37,311 nt of DNA from Octopus bimaculoides (taxonomy: Eukaryota). Below the pieces are notes generated by a model that saw only the letters and a list, made by a program, of their open reading frames with translations, made no database searches and was not told where the DNA came from. Positions 1 through 12,072 of the stretch are shown here, in pieces. The first letter of the stretch is position 1, and each line of letters begins with the position of its first letter. Where the stretch lies: the NCBI RefSeq assembly GCF_001194135.2, contig NC_068997.1:38229934-38267244 (forward strand). Reading direction: 5' to 3'. A program made the translations under genes and the position numbers.

Positions 1-619
1 ATATATATATATATAATGGCGATAAAATAGGCTACTATATAAAGTTTATGTGAACGGTTAGCATACATTAATCCCTATAACTAAGTAGCAGCAGAGGATG
101 AAGTGTAGCAGCAGAGAAAACAGAAATACATTGTGAAATGTATGTGCATATTATGTTAGTACTCATATATTCCTGCATTGTTTATGGCTTGGATAAACAG
201 TATTTTAAGAAAGTTCTATCGATCATATTATTGGCTAATTAAGCTAATTCGTCAAACCTGGTTTCCATGTTGGAATTTAGAGTGCTTCCGCTGAACATAA
301 GCACCAGCTGCTCCCACCTCTGTCGTAAGGAAAGCGGTCCGTATAGTGGACTAGGAAACGGAGTGTTTGGCATTATTTACTATCAATCAGTTGCCAGACT
401 GGTTTAGCTAATGAAGAGTTACGTAGATTTTTGGTAGGGGGCGATTATTATCAAAAAATTTAAGAGTTTTTTCCTCATGATTAAAAGGTTAAGCGTTACT
501 CAATCTCGCTTTAAATTCCATCACGGTCGTACGGATATAGGGATAAACTTTGTTAGGTGTACGTACGGAACATTTATCCAGTATGTTCTTACGGAGGTAT
601 TGGTTATCCAAATAACTAT

Positions 620-3600
620 TATCTCAATCTCTACAGTGACAAGCTCGCCATAAAACAGCTGTTCGAGTGTGCGTTCATCCGCCATTCGAACAATATGGCC
701 AGACCATCTCATTTATTTTTTTCAGAATCATTGCTTTAATTGAAGTGATACCTACAGATGCAAATGCATCTGTGTCTAGAGTAAAAAAAAAATGTCTCAG
801 TTAATGTTTAAAATGCGACGAAGGCATTTGTGATGGAATCGTTCTAACAATTTAAAATGTCTTTCATAACATGTTCATGTTCCAGGAGAATACAACAGGG
901 ATAGTAAGACAAACGATTTGCAAAGAGCCCATTCTATGTTTTTATTTATATGTCGTTGGCGCCAAACACGTGACTCCAAACCACCAAATACTCGTGCTGC
1001 CCTTTGAATTCGCAAATGTATTTCTATGTCCAGATTTCCATCAATTTGTACAGAGCCTCCAAAGTAAATGAAAGAGTCATCTTCAAGTAACTACCCTTAA
1101 CGAAAATTTTAGCGGGGTTGCAAACGACACCACGTGCAGGTCGAAACATTCCAGCTGTTTTATCAAGTCGATGGTCAAGCCAAAATCACCACAAGCTGTG
1201 TCAAATGTAAATACAAGAGATTGCAGACCTATTTCAGAGTGGCTGACTGGATCACAGTCGTCAGCGTATAAAAGTTCCCTGATGAGTGAAGTAAAAACCT
1301 TCGTTTTCAATTTCAGTCTGCTCAGAATAAAAACATCACCTGTTGTTCGATATTTTATGTAAATGCCCGCCTCGGAGTTCTGAAAAGTGTGTGACAGTAC
1401 AACAACAAATTATATTGCAAAGAGGGTGGGTGCATCAAGGTCTCCCTGCTTTACTCCATTTTCCACGGCAAATGATTCAGAATGCCTACCACCAAAATTA
1501 ACTCTAGCCTTCATATCTTGATGCGAAGCCCTGATTATGTTTACAAATTTTTCTGGGCTACCTATTTTCCTTAGAATTAGCCACAGAGTTTTTCAAGTTA
1601 CAGTATCGAATGCTTTGCTTAACTCAACAAAGCAATGGTATAGGGAAAGATTCTGTTCAATGCACTTTTTTCTGAAATTGTCTGACACTAAAGATTCAAT
1701 CAACTGTGCTCCTGGTGGAGCGAAAAACCACATTGTGACTCAGATACTACATTTGGAACTATGAAGGTATTTAAACGTTCTAACAGAATGCGGGCAAGTA
1801 CCTTTCCAACCACAGACAAAAGCGAAATCTCATGAAAATTACCACGCATATTCTTTGACCCCGATTTATACAAAGAACCAAAACGGCATCAATCCAGTCT
1901 TGAGTTCTCCAAACAGTGACAAATTAATATATTTAAGAGTTCAAACATTTTGTCACCCCCAAATTTCAAGATCTCTGCACAGATTCCCTCAGAACTTGCA
2001 GTCTTATTTTTATTCAGCTTATTCACAGCTAAATAAATGTCATTTAGAGTTGGTTTAGATGCCACCTCCTCTATAACTGGAAGGTGTTCGATTTTTTTCT
2101 ATCATCCTCATGGCAACGGATGATGGTCTATTTAAGAGTGCTTATGAATATCAGTGGTGTCAGTCAAAAGCAAATGCCCAGTTGCTGTTCTCAGTGGAGC
2201 TATTGAAGAGGATTTGGGGGCAATATACCTCCTTAACATAAGAGTACAAACCCTTGGCAGCATTTCTATCAGCTGCTTCTTGCGTCCCTTTTGCTCTGTC
2301 ATTCCACCATTCCTGTTTAATTTTCCTTAGAGCAGTCTGCACTTTCCCTTTCAGCTTTCTGTAAGCTTCGTTTGAGTTGGGGTTCAAGGACTGAGAAAGA
2401 AGTGTATTACCTCAGTTTTTTTTTTCTAAAAGTACATCATGAATTTCTGCTGATTTGTCTGAAAACCAACCACTGGACTTACGCGATTTAAACTCTCACT
2501 GAAAAACTTGCAGCCTGAAATACTTTTGTTTTGAAATCTTCCCATAGATTGCTTGGATCAAGATTGATACTGTCTATAGCATCATGGAATCTTTGCATGC
2601 TGTGTAGTAATTTGAAGTTTGTAGAATTTAACTTTTGGGGTACCTTAGGAACCGACTGTCGATGGTCAGTCCAGCTCTCTGCTAAACTCATGACCCGAAC
2701 ACTAGAAACATCTTTCATATCACACTTTCTGATCAAAATATAATCTATAAGATGCTAGTCCTTAGATCTTGGGTGCATCCAGGTCGTTTTATATTTATTT
2801 TTCTGCTTAAACAGAGTGTTGGCAACAAACAGATTATTCTCAGTACAAAACGTCAAAAAAGCTACTCCATTTTTATTACATTTTCCAATCCTATGTCGGC
2901 CTGAAACAGGTCATGAAATGTAATCATTTCCAACTCTTGCATCAAAATCTCACAATATGACCAGCTTGTCAGAAATTGGTACTTTCCTCAATAATTGTAC
3001 TAGATCATCATAAAACTGTCCTACAGTTTCATTAGAATGAGATATTGTTGGTACATAAGTAGTGAGAACGGTAAGAAACCTACCTTTTGTCAGTTTTATA
3101 CGGCATGACATGGTTCGTACAGATATACCACTTGGAAATTTTGCAATGGAAGATATTAATGAATTCCCTACGCTGGCCCTTAAGTAGATATCGCCAGAAT
3201 ATATATATCTATAAATATATATCTATAAATAGGCTCATTTATCTGACCCTCACCAGAGAGACAAGTTTCAGAGAGTGCAACTATATCAAGGGAATATTTG
3301 TTAAGCTCACATGCAATAAGTGCAGTACGCCTTTCTGGCCTCTCGTTGAAATTATCATGTAGAAGTGTGCGCACATTCCAACAACCAAAATTCAGAAGAT
3401 GTTTATTTTTATTTCCTCTTGAAGATTGTTTCACCACAGTGGTAGGATGACGACGGGGCCAAGCCTGTGACATACTGAGACCCCTGCCGAGCCAGACCTG
3501 TTCCCTTGACGGTTTTTTTTTGCCATTTACTGAATCTATTTGAGGAATTTCAGAGTAAGCTGCAAGTGCATTTTTAGGCTTCTTCCAACTAATTCAAGGA

Positions 3601-4120
3601 TTTTACCAGACGCACCTGTCCAGATGAATAATTTTTTAGTAGGTGCAGCTTGCACTGCACTNNNNNNNNNNNNNNNNNNNNNNNNNNNNNNNNNNNNNNN
3701 NNNNNNNNNNNNNNNNNNNNNNNNNNNNNNNNNNNNNNNNNNNNNNNNNNNNNNNNNNNNNNNNNNNNNNNNNNNNNNNNNNNNNNNNNNNNNNNNNNNN
3801 NNNNNNNNNNNNNNNNNNNNNNNNNNNNNNNNNNNNNNNNNNNNNNNNNNNNNNNNNNNNNNNNNNNNNNNNNNNNNNNNNNNNNNNNNNNNNNNNNNNN
3901 NNNNNNNNNNNNNNNNNNNNNNNNNNNNNNNNNNNNNNNNNNNNNNNNNNNNNNNNNNNNNNNNNNNNNNNNNNNNNNNNNNNNNNNNNACCCTCCTCAC
4001 CAAAAAAGCTTGGTGGGGTTGCCAGTTTAGTCGGCGACGACCCGACCATGTAACAGGTTGTACTGGGTTACATGTTACCAGTAGCGAACAAGAGCGACTA
4101 ATAGCACTTGAGGGCGACCT

Positions 4121-4123
<3 letters not shown>
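620..4123 (-). mobile_element. RTE-clade (BovB/Expander-like) LINE, decayed; 5' UTR, APE endonuclease and RT present, 3' end truncated
   Basis: Minus-strand peptides in the expected order: LNFGCWNVRTLL..RPERRTALIACELNKYSLDIVALSET (3180-3473, APE start); AESWTDHR (2488-2736); KLKGKVQTALRKIKQEWW (2160-2387); GFRSTRST..FVELSKAFDTV (about 1600-1720); NGVKQGDLDAPTLF (about 1420-1460); RELLYADDC (1083-1310); MRWSGHIVRMADER..LFYGEL (up to 712). Many stops and frameshifts. The 5' UTR is interrupted by the gap at 3662-3989. Confidence 0.9.
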
Positions 4124-4158
<35 letters not shown>

Positions 4159-4329
4159 CGGGTGCCACCGATATACGAAATTCTCAGCCTTATCGTTAAA
4201 GGCATGAAACTGAGTAAACTGAGTGTTAGTATCTTGGCCGATAACTGGTCAAGAATTAGGGTCCTTCTGTGTGTCTGTCCTACGTGTACGTTTTGTAGTA
4301 TTTAATGCATTTTATATATATTTACGCAC

Positions 4330-4680
4330 ACACCGCTTAGTCTCTTGACCGAAGCCTTCTTACTACAGAAGCTACCAACCACTCGTACTCGCTGACGCGC
4401 GCGCACACTCCAACACACACATACACACATTCATGCACAAATACACACACATAACACCAGGATCACTCTCCCTAGCTATTAAGCGCCTCAACAACTCACA
4501 CTTCCGCTCATATGTCGAACATGTGAACACGACCCACGTGCGTTTATTTTCTTGTCTCTCTTCTCTCTTTTCTTATCTCCTTTTCCTTCTTCCTTATCTC
4601 AGGTATTTGACGAAGGTCTATTTCTGAAACGTTACACTTTTACTCAACAATTTTACTCGATAACTTTTATTCCTTCTTTC
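4330..4680 (+). mobile_element. Penelope-like terminal (pLTR-type) fragment carrying a hammerhead-like motif
   Basis: CA-rich then CT-rich tract ending in a hammerhead-like core at 4601-4639. Family assignment is inferred from the known PLE-hammerhead association. Confidence 0.45.
4601..4639 (+). ncRNA. Degenerate minimal type-I hammerhead ribozyme motif
   Basis: AGGUAU-UUGACGA-A-GGUCUAUUUCU-GAAAC-GUU-ACACUU. Stem I pairs 5 of 6, the AACGUU stem III is palindromic, C3 is changed to U, and stem II is weak. Confidence 0.55.
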
Positions 4681-4702
4681 AGAGTCAACCTAAGAATATT
4701 GA

Positions 4703-4908
4703 TTTCAAATTTTGGCACAAAGCTAGCAATTTCGGGGGAGGGGAACACGATGACATCAAACCTCAGTGTTCAACTGGTACTTATTTTATCGACCTTGAAA
4801 GGATGAGAGGCAAAGTCACCTTCGGGAGTGTTGGAACCCTGAAGTAAAGACGGGTGAAATACCGCTTAGCATTTTGTCCTGCGTGCCAACGATTCTGCCA
4901 GCTCTCCT
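4703..4908 (-). mobile_element. tRNA-derived SINE, family 1 (about 205 bp)
   Basis: Aligns with at least nine other copies in the window (core ctggtacttattttatcgacc; minus-strand head GGAGAGCTGGCAGAATCG). Confidence 0.85.
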
Positions 4909-5052
4909 AATAACAGTCAACCTAATAACATTAACTGTGAACGTCTCTTGGACTTATTCTGTTCTTTCTTGTTGTTTGTATCATTTTACTTTCTTTTCTC
5001 TCCCTCTCCCTCTTCCTGTCTGTTTCTCTCGCTCTCTTTCTTTCACGAGATA

Positions 5053-5054
<2 letters not shown>

Positions 5055-5083
<29 letters not shown>

Positions 5084-5095
5084 CGTATGTATTTA
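5055..5095. repeat. (TATG)n microsatellite
   Basis: Direct reading. Confidence 0.95.
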
Positions 5096-6104
5096 TGTGT
5101 GCTGAAAAATACTTGTATCCCCTTGTAGGAGAAAGATAACGTGTTAGCGAAAGTTAGAAAGATAGAAAATCAATATAAAATAGACCTCGAATTGACATGT
5201 TGCCCAACATGTTTGTTTTAGAATATTTTACGGTCAATAACCTCAGTTGTATATTGCATGTACCGCCATGATTAATTGCGTTCTGACACGATTAATTATT
5301 TAGGTCAATTCTAAACTAGTAATGAAAATTATTGATTGAATACTTCAGCTCTGTACTATTTAACAATTAAGTATTAATGGTCTTTTTCTATATAGATTAC
5401 TAATTAAATCAGAGCAACAATGAAATTTAGGTATGTAAATGAAACTTTGTGGCTCATTTGAGAAATTAGCAGATTTAGAATCGAGATTTGAGATGAAAGT
5501 AGAATTCAGAAAGGCGAAATGCTTCGCACATATATTCAATTAATTAATCTCAATAATCGTTCCCTTCTATTTAACATTGAGTAAAACAAATTAATTCTAT
5601 TCATCTCTTCCATAGTTTCTTTATCTTAAATCCTGTCAGTTCTTCTGTGGTATTCTCCACTGGCTTTATTCTTCTGTCTCTTTCCTGTATAACTCATACA
5701 CATCTGATTTTATTGTGTTGCCGTCTCCCTTTCCTCAGTTTCCTCTTTGAAACGGAATCCCAATAAAACATTCAAATGCAATATTTCTTTTAATTGGCTT
5801 CATTTTCAATTACTCATTTCTTCATCAAATTTATTGCAAGTGTGTGCAGAGCAAGAGTTGTAGAAGGCTTCAGAAAATAGTTGAGCAATATCTATTTAGT
5901 AGTCAGGAACGTGAAATACTGAAGCGGTTTTATCGGTGGCAGGTGGTGAACACGTTTTACAGTTTTAGAATTGGCTGATTTACTACAACAGATATGTATC
6001 GCATCAGTGAGGTTTGTTTTTGTGTTTGGCGAATACTCGGCAAATGAAAGTTTCTCAATGAGCTGGATCGCCTTCTTTTGGATCTATTCTAAAACATGAT
6101 ATGA

Positions 6105-6143
6105 TAGCAGCAGCAACAGCAACAGCAGCAGTACCAGCAGCAT

Positions 6144-6197
<54 letters not shown>

Positions 6198-6270
6198 CGG
6201 TGGCTGTGACGGTGGCAGTGGCTGTGACGGTGGCAGTGGCTGTGACGGTGGCAGTGGCGGTAGTAGTTTA
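6105..6270. repeat. Compound repeat: (CAG)n, (TAG)n and three to four 18-bp units GGTGGCAGTGGCTGTGAC
   Basis: Direct reading; explains the poly-Leu/Pro ORF 6084-6293. Confidence 0.95.
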
Positions 6271-6520
6271 AGTGGTGGCGGGAATGTAAACATTACCTTC
6301 GTGTGTACACCACACGTTTGTCTTAACTATTCTAACCTTCAAAAAAAAAAATACAGTTCTACATTTAAGATATAAATATCCGTCAATTGTAAATAATGTA
6401 AATAATGTAAAAAAAAACGTGACTGTTATATATCGCCGAGTAAATTTTTCCAAGATTATGAGTCATAACAGTTTTCATTATTTATGAGTCTGGTGCCAAA
6501 TCCGATTTCAGTGATTCATA

Positions 6521-6580
6521 GTGTCTGAGGTATACACCTTGTGCCTGAGGTATACAACTGGTGCCTGAGGTATACACCTT
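6521..6580. repeat. 20-bp minisatellite x3 (GTGCCTGAGGTATACACCTT)
   Basis: Three near-identical units starting at 6521, 6541 and 6561. Confidence 0.95.
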
Positions 6581-7607
6581 GGCAGGTCCACCCAATCTAC
6601 AAAGATATTGGACTATCGCCCAACAGAAAAGCGGTCTCGAAGAAGTAGGAAATAGTCGATTCACTAGATATGGATGCTAGCTAAAGAATTGAGATAACTA
6701 CGATCACCTCCCCCAAGAACGGAGTGGCGATATATAAAAGTTATAATCATGTGAAAAGGCACAGCTCAGACCCTTGCAGATCAAATGGACCGTTTTATAG
6801 CAGCAAAGCGAATTCTATAGAAACCAAAAGCTAGAGTCAAGGGCAGAAGCAACGGTGTATCAGAACATCTAAAAGTCTAGTCGACAATGTTATATAATTA
6901 TTTATGATTAATGAGGATAAGTGGGTTTCCATTATTTTTATAGCGAATGTATCATAGATATGAATGTTTTAAATAATCAGTGGATGATACTTGACACTCA
7001 CACACACACACACAACAACCACAACAACAACAACAAAAATAGTAAGATTGATACAGATAGTATTTAGTGTAACCTTCAATAAGTTGACGTTTACTTGGAT
7101 AAACATGGGTTGACAAAAGTTTGCAGTGAACTGCATCTCTGGAAATGGGTGATTAGGCAAACAGTATGGAAATATGATATGTAATAAATGCCGAGGAGAG
7201 AAGAGACAGGCGCAGCAAGTGGAATGGCTGGAGATGGGAAACAAGTTGCTAAACCCAAAGTAAACTATATAATTGTAGTGGCAGATGAATGAAAAAGAGT
7301 TGAGGTGGAGACATTTCGTCTGCGAGTCAATAGCTGAAGCGTACTGGTGAGTGAATCTTTGTCAATCAGCCTTATGGCTTTTTTTTTTTTTTTTGTATGC
7401 AAACTTACGAGACATTGCGTTTGCAATGAGCCAAAGAATTTGAATTAATCAAAAGTAAATGTAAATTGGGAAGAAACAACCCATTAAATCAGTTATTAAT
7501 TTAAATCAATATATGAAGAGGAGACAACTTTATAATTTAAATTTAATGAAACTGATTATTGTAATGCAATGGGGAATGGGCCTATGATTGCTGAGAAAGT
7601 ATAATGA

Positions 7608-7754
7608 TTTCAAATTTTGGCACAAGGCCAGCAATTTGGGTGATAGGAGTAAGTTATTTACATCGACCAGTATGCAGCTGGTACTTATCTTATTGACCCC
7701 GAGAGGATGAGAGGAAACGTCAACCTCGGCAAAATTTGAACTCAGAACTTAAAG
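7608..7754 (-). mobile_element. SINE family 1, 5'-truncated copy
   Basis: Matches the 3' two-thirds of the family and stops just past the B-box. Confidence 0.85.
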
Positions 7755-9105
7755 TTGTCATCGTGTTTGTCATATATCAAATTCACTCGCTCCTACATAC
7801 CCACATTCAATTATCATTAATTAAATTTGGCCAGAATTAAATACTGAGCTAATGATTGTTTTCTCCTTACTAAATTTTGTTCTTCATACAGAAATCATTC
7901 TTGGGTAATTTCCAACAGTCATTGTTCTTTCATATGTATTTATGTCCCAGCTACCTAATTAATGCTCTTATATAGGTCGAATTTGAGTTTTGTAGGTTAA
8001 CGTAGGTAATGCATTTTTTTTTTTTTTTTGGAGATGTAATTTTGGTAATAATTTTTATGTGTAATCACCACAAGAATTGACAAAAGCGTTTGTAGCAACT
8101 TTAAGTTCATGCATTGAACTATAACGTCTAACGATATGCTTTTTATGCGTAAGATTGATAAGTTTATTCGAGTGTTTATTTTAGGTTTCTGTTTCTTGAA
8201 GTAATACAAATGTGACATGTTTTGAATGCTCTGCAGAGGACGCATATGAAATGTTGGTATTATCTTCATTTGACTTTGTGTCAATATAACCAGTTTCTGT
8301 ATCGTTAAAACACAGAACAATAAGGGTAGTAGAAACAGTTGAATTTAGGAGTATGCCAAAGCTGATAGAGTGAGGGACAGAAAGACTCACTAGTGCACGT
8401 TAATGAAGAAAGTTCTTAAACAAAGAGATGAGGAATGCATACAACATAGGTGTGGTGCTTAGCAATGAATATATTCCAAAGATCTGAAGAGAAAGGAAGA
8501 ATTATGCGTACTGCTAGTTAACGATATATTAGCTAAATGAAAACTGTGCCTGCGATCACTGTTGGATCGCAAGGTGATCATAGTAAAAGTATATTTTCAA
8601 GACCTTGTTTATAAATGTGGTGGTATCTGACATGAGGTAGTTAGGTTACGTTCGAGTAAAGTCTGTATAGGGTAAATATCTAACTGGTGTTTGATGTAAA
8701 TATTGAAGATATGGAGACGTGTATATATAACTAGGTATTCATTTGTATTATACCACAACATTCGTCATATTTATTGGCTACAAAGCACTTCATAAACACC
8801 ATGTTGTGTCATGCTTCATATTTGTGATATTCAATTTCAACTGCTATTTTCATATTTCTTTTCAACTCAAACATAAATTCTATTGATGATGAATATTTGT
8901 TCATCTTCAAAGCATCCACGTAAATGAGACCGATCATAAAAATAGTTCACATGATATTGTGCAACCATATATATGTATAATTTGTATTAGAGAATTTGAA
9001 TATCAAATAAATATTTCAGTAGTGAAGCTATTATAACTTCTTCAAGCAAATAATTACATATGCAAAACATACTATATTTTATTTGTGAATTAACTTAGCT
9101 ACAAT

Positions 9106-9108
9106 ATT

Positions 9109-9179
<71 letters not shown>

Positions 9180-9198
9180 CAACAACAACAACAATAAT
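9106..9198. repeat. (AAT)n(AAC)n microsatellite
   Basis: Direct reading. Confidence 0.95.
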
Positions 9199-9457
9199 AC
9201 CTGACAACTCTGAAGGTAAAGAATAAACATCAATTGCTGTAAAGCAACCTAAAGTCTAAGCTGAAACTGGAACTACAAAATACCGTGATAAAACGATGGC
9301 AAGTAAAGTCCTTACGTTGTAAATACTGGAATAGGCTTAACAGAAAAGAAACAAAGTAAAATCTCAACATTAGTTGAGAAGCACGGGTCTCAAAGCAGCG
9401 ACTAAAGAGGCTTTAATTGCAGCAAAAGATCAAAGCCTCCACACCAAAAACTACTAC
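9199..9457 (+). mobile_element. R4/Dong-clade non-LTR retrotransposon fragment (post-RT linker)
   Basis: Reconstructed across frameshifts as IKRWQVKSLRCKYWNRL..LRSTGLKAATKEALIAAKDQSLHTKNY, matching the 'LHG..W L..LK.ETE..IAAQDQ.L.T.NY' block also seen at 21830-21960. Confidence 0.7.
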
Positions 9458-9696
9458 CTTACTGGTAGTAATTCAGTAACGAATAAAATGTATCTGTAGC
9501 ACAAGATAAAATGTATATAATGCATACAATGTCAGAGGTGGGAAACCGTTATTTACTTTTCATACATCTGCGTGTGCAAGTATGCATGATGCATTTAGAA
9601 ATATTTAAATAGCTATTCGTGTGTACTTCTGTATGTGAATATNNNNNNNNNNTATATATATATATATATATATATATATAATGTGTGAAATACATA

Positions 9697-10628
9697 CAGG
9701 CATCCTCTGCGTTTTAGAGTGTTGCATATAAGTGCATATATATGTGTCTCTATGTCTTAAGTTATAAGTGTAAGGAGCGAATTGCCTATAAAAGCTGGTG
9801 ACACCTTAACTAACTGTAGTCGTACAGTACTTTCTCTACCTCAGTCTATCACCTCTTAATTTCATTTTCATTATTAAATCCACAGGTATAAGATAATTTT
9901 CTGCTCTCACAAAGTAAAGCTTTCCTGGGCCAACATTTTTATTACGTATTTGTTGAGTATAATTAATCGACACTACTCTTGGATTTACTTTCAATTTAAG
10001 ATTTCTAGAAAGAATCTATCAAGTAGACCTGAAGGCAGTAGTGCGAAAACGAATGGTAAAGGGATTACGCTGGATATTAAACTTGATGTTTTAAAAAGAC
10101 TTGATGCACAAGTAAAACTAAGTTTGCCAAAACATTAAATCTTGCAACGTTTACATTGGGAATAATACGTGACAACAATGAAAAAATTGTGTCAAGTGCT
10201 CAAGAAGCTACTTCATTAACTGTCCGGACCTTATTTTTCCATAGATCTAATGTAATGCTTAAAATGGAACGACTCTAGAGGGTATAGATCTTGAGGGTAA
10301 GTTTAAACGGCGATTTGCAGAAAAAGAAAGGTGAAACTTCCAATAAGAAACCCTTTTTGGCTAGAAAAAGAAATCTTCTCCGAAAGGTTTAAGAAGCACG
10401 ACATAAAAATGACTGGTGAGACAGCGAGTACTGATACAGACGTTGCTGCTAATTATTCTGAGCAGTTGAAGAAAATGATTGCTGAAGGAGACTACACACC
10501 AGAGCAAGTAAACAATGTCGATGAAACTGCTGTCACTGGAGACGCATGTCTGGTAGAACTTTTATTTCTCGTGAAGAAAAATCAACACTCGGATTTAAAG
10601 CTTCCAAAGATCGTCTGATACATCTTTC
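9697..10628 (+). mobile_element. Tigger/pogo (TIGD1-like) DNA transposon fragment
   Basis: TA followed by CAGGCATCCTC, a Tigger-like left end at 9697. HTH segment KGITLDIKLDVLKRLD; GETASTDTDVAANYSEQLKKMIAEGDYTPEQVNNVDET; frameshifted RTFISREEKSTLGFKASKDRL. No right end found. Confidence 0.85.
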
Positions 10629-10759
10629 GCAAAAAGTTCGAGGGGACGTAATCTCAGTTGATAATATGGAAATCAAAAGGAAAATTAATTTCGCATTACA
10701 GTATTTTGCGTTACGGCCAGATTATCAAGAATGCCTCACTTCCGTAAAGTGAAAGATTC

Positions 10760-10762
<3 letters not shown>

Positions 10763-10828
<66 letters not shown>

Positions 10829-10837
10829 CGTGTGTGT
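10763..10837. repeat. (TG)n microsatellite
   Basis: Direct reading. Confidence 0.95.
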
Positions 10838-10843
10838 ACGTAT

Positions 10844-11215
10844 GTCAGGTCGCTCTTGGGCGCTACTAGTAATATGTAACCCAGTACAACCTGTTGCATG
10901 GTTGGGTTATCGGCGACTAAACTGACAATCCCATCAAGCTTGCTTGGTGGAGAGGGTGATTGTTGGACACCTGCAAGATGTAAAACAAGACCTGTCAAAG
11001 GGCGACAGAGCTCATGAGCTGTCAACGGCCATCTAGCAATATGTGTACATGTGTATGCATGCATGTATGTATGCGCGAATACGTGGAAATAGCTGGGTTG
11101 GTGTCCAGGTGCACGGTTGGCCCACTGGGAGTGGGAGGCCCCTCTGTTGTTGTCACAACATCTCTCTAGGAGAGGGAAACTCTGAAAGAAAACCTGCGAC
11201 GCTGTCAATATTCGA
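10844..11215 (+). mobile_element. Isolated 5' UTR of the RTE family seen at 620-4123
   Basis: 10844-10955 aligns (about 80%) with the reverse complement of 3991-4123, both starting GTCAGGTCGC. Continues to GGAGAGGGAAACTCTGAAAGAAAACC, an RTE-5'UTR-like motif. Confidence 0.7.
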
Positions 11216-11822
11216 TGATGTAAACTAGTTCTTTTCGAGTTTATGCTGTCCATGTTCAGAGAGTGGAATTGGATTTGTGCAAATTCTTTCCCCGCTATAA
11301 AAAAAAATCATCATGCACAGGCATCGCTTGAAAAAAGTGAGACCTATGACTAAAATGGTTGGTCATAGCCTTCACATGTGTGGACGTTCGATCAGGCGAT
11401 AGCAATACGCAAACCCGAGTTTGTAGCCAGTATATGTATGTATATATATTGCTGTGCACAATGTTATTTACAATGTTGTGCAAAGTGATGCTCCCCTTAT
11501 GTCATACGTCCAACGTGTGGTGTTATGATATGGTAAGCCTCTGAGGACTATTACGTGGAGTATAGTGATGCATATATAGTGTCTATTTACATCCGTGGTG
11601 ATTAGTGGCAAAAGACATAATGGAATGTGTACTGGGATGTATGCTTGTATTGCAATACAATTTCTATGCATATTGGCACCTATATCAGTTTCATAGTTTG
11701 TTACTCCTACTATCAACTAAGAAGTGTTTGGATGGAGAGAATATGCGTTGCCTGGAGAGTGCTACCACTGGATGGTCACTGGAAGACCATGACGTTAATG
11801 CAGCCTGGCATATATATATATT

Positions 11823-12037
11823 GGTTTCCAGTTCTGGCACAAGGCCAGCAATTTTGGGAGAGGGTGTAAGTCGATTACATCTTCCCCAGTAATCAGCTGG
11901 TACTTATTTTGTTGACTCCGAAAGAGATGAATGGCAAAGCCGACCTCGGGTGGAATTTGAACTCAGAACGTTAAGACGGACGAAATACTGCTAAGTATTT
12001 TGACTGACGTACTAAAGATTCTGCCTGCATGCCGCCG
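11823..12037 (-). mobile_element. SINE family 1, near full length
   Basis: Aligns end to end with the 4703 and 28135 copies. Confidence 0.85.
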
Positions 12038-12041
12038 CATC

Positions 12042-12072
<31 letters not shown>

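Noticed and set aside
3536-4199. Long ORFs containing X runs (also at 14746-15624, 18745-19327, 28641-29463 and 29754-30416)
   Set aside because: They are open only because N gaps and (TA)n contain no stop codons.
6084-6293. Poly-Leu/Pro ORF and similar poly-L/I/Y/N/HT/CV ORFs (10711-11253, 16652-17009, 20915-21130, 22699-23119, 32914-33165)
   Set aside because: Translations of microsatellites.
8181-8390. 69-aa ORF MSLSVPH..
   Set aside because: Alternative start codon, in-frame stop just upstream, and no recognisable domain.
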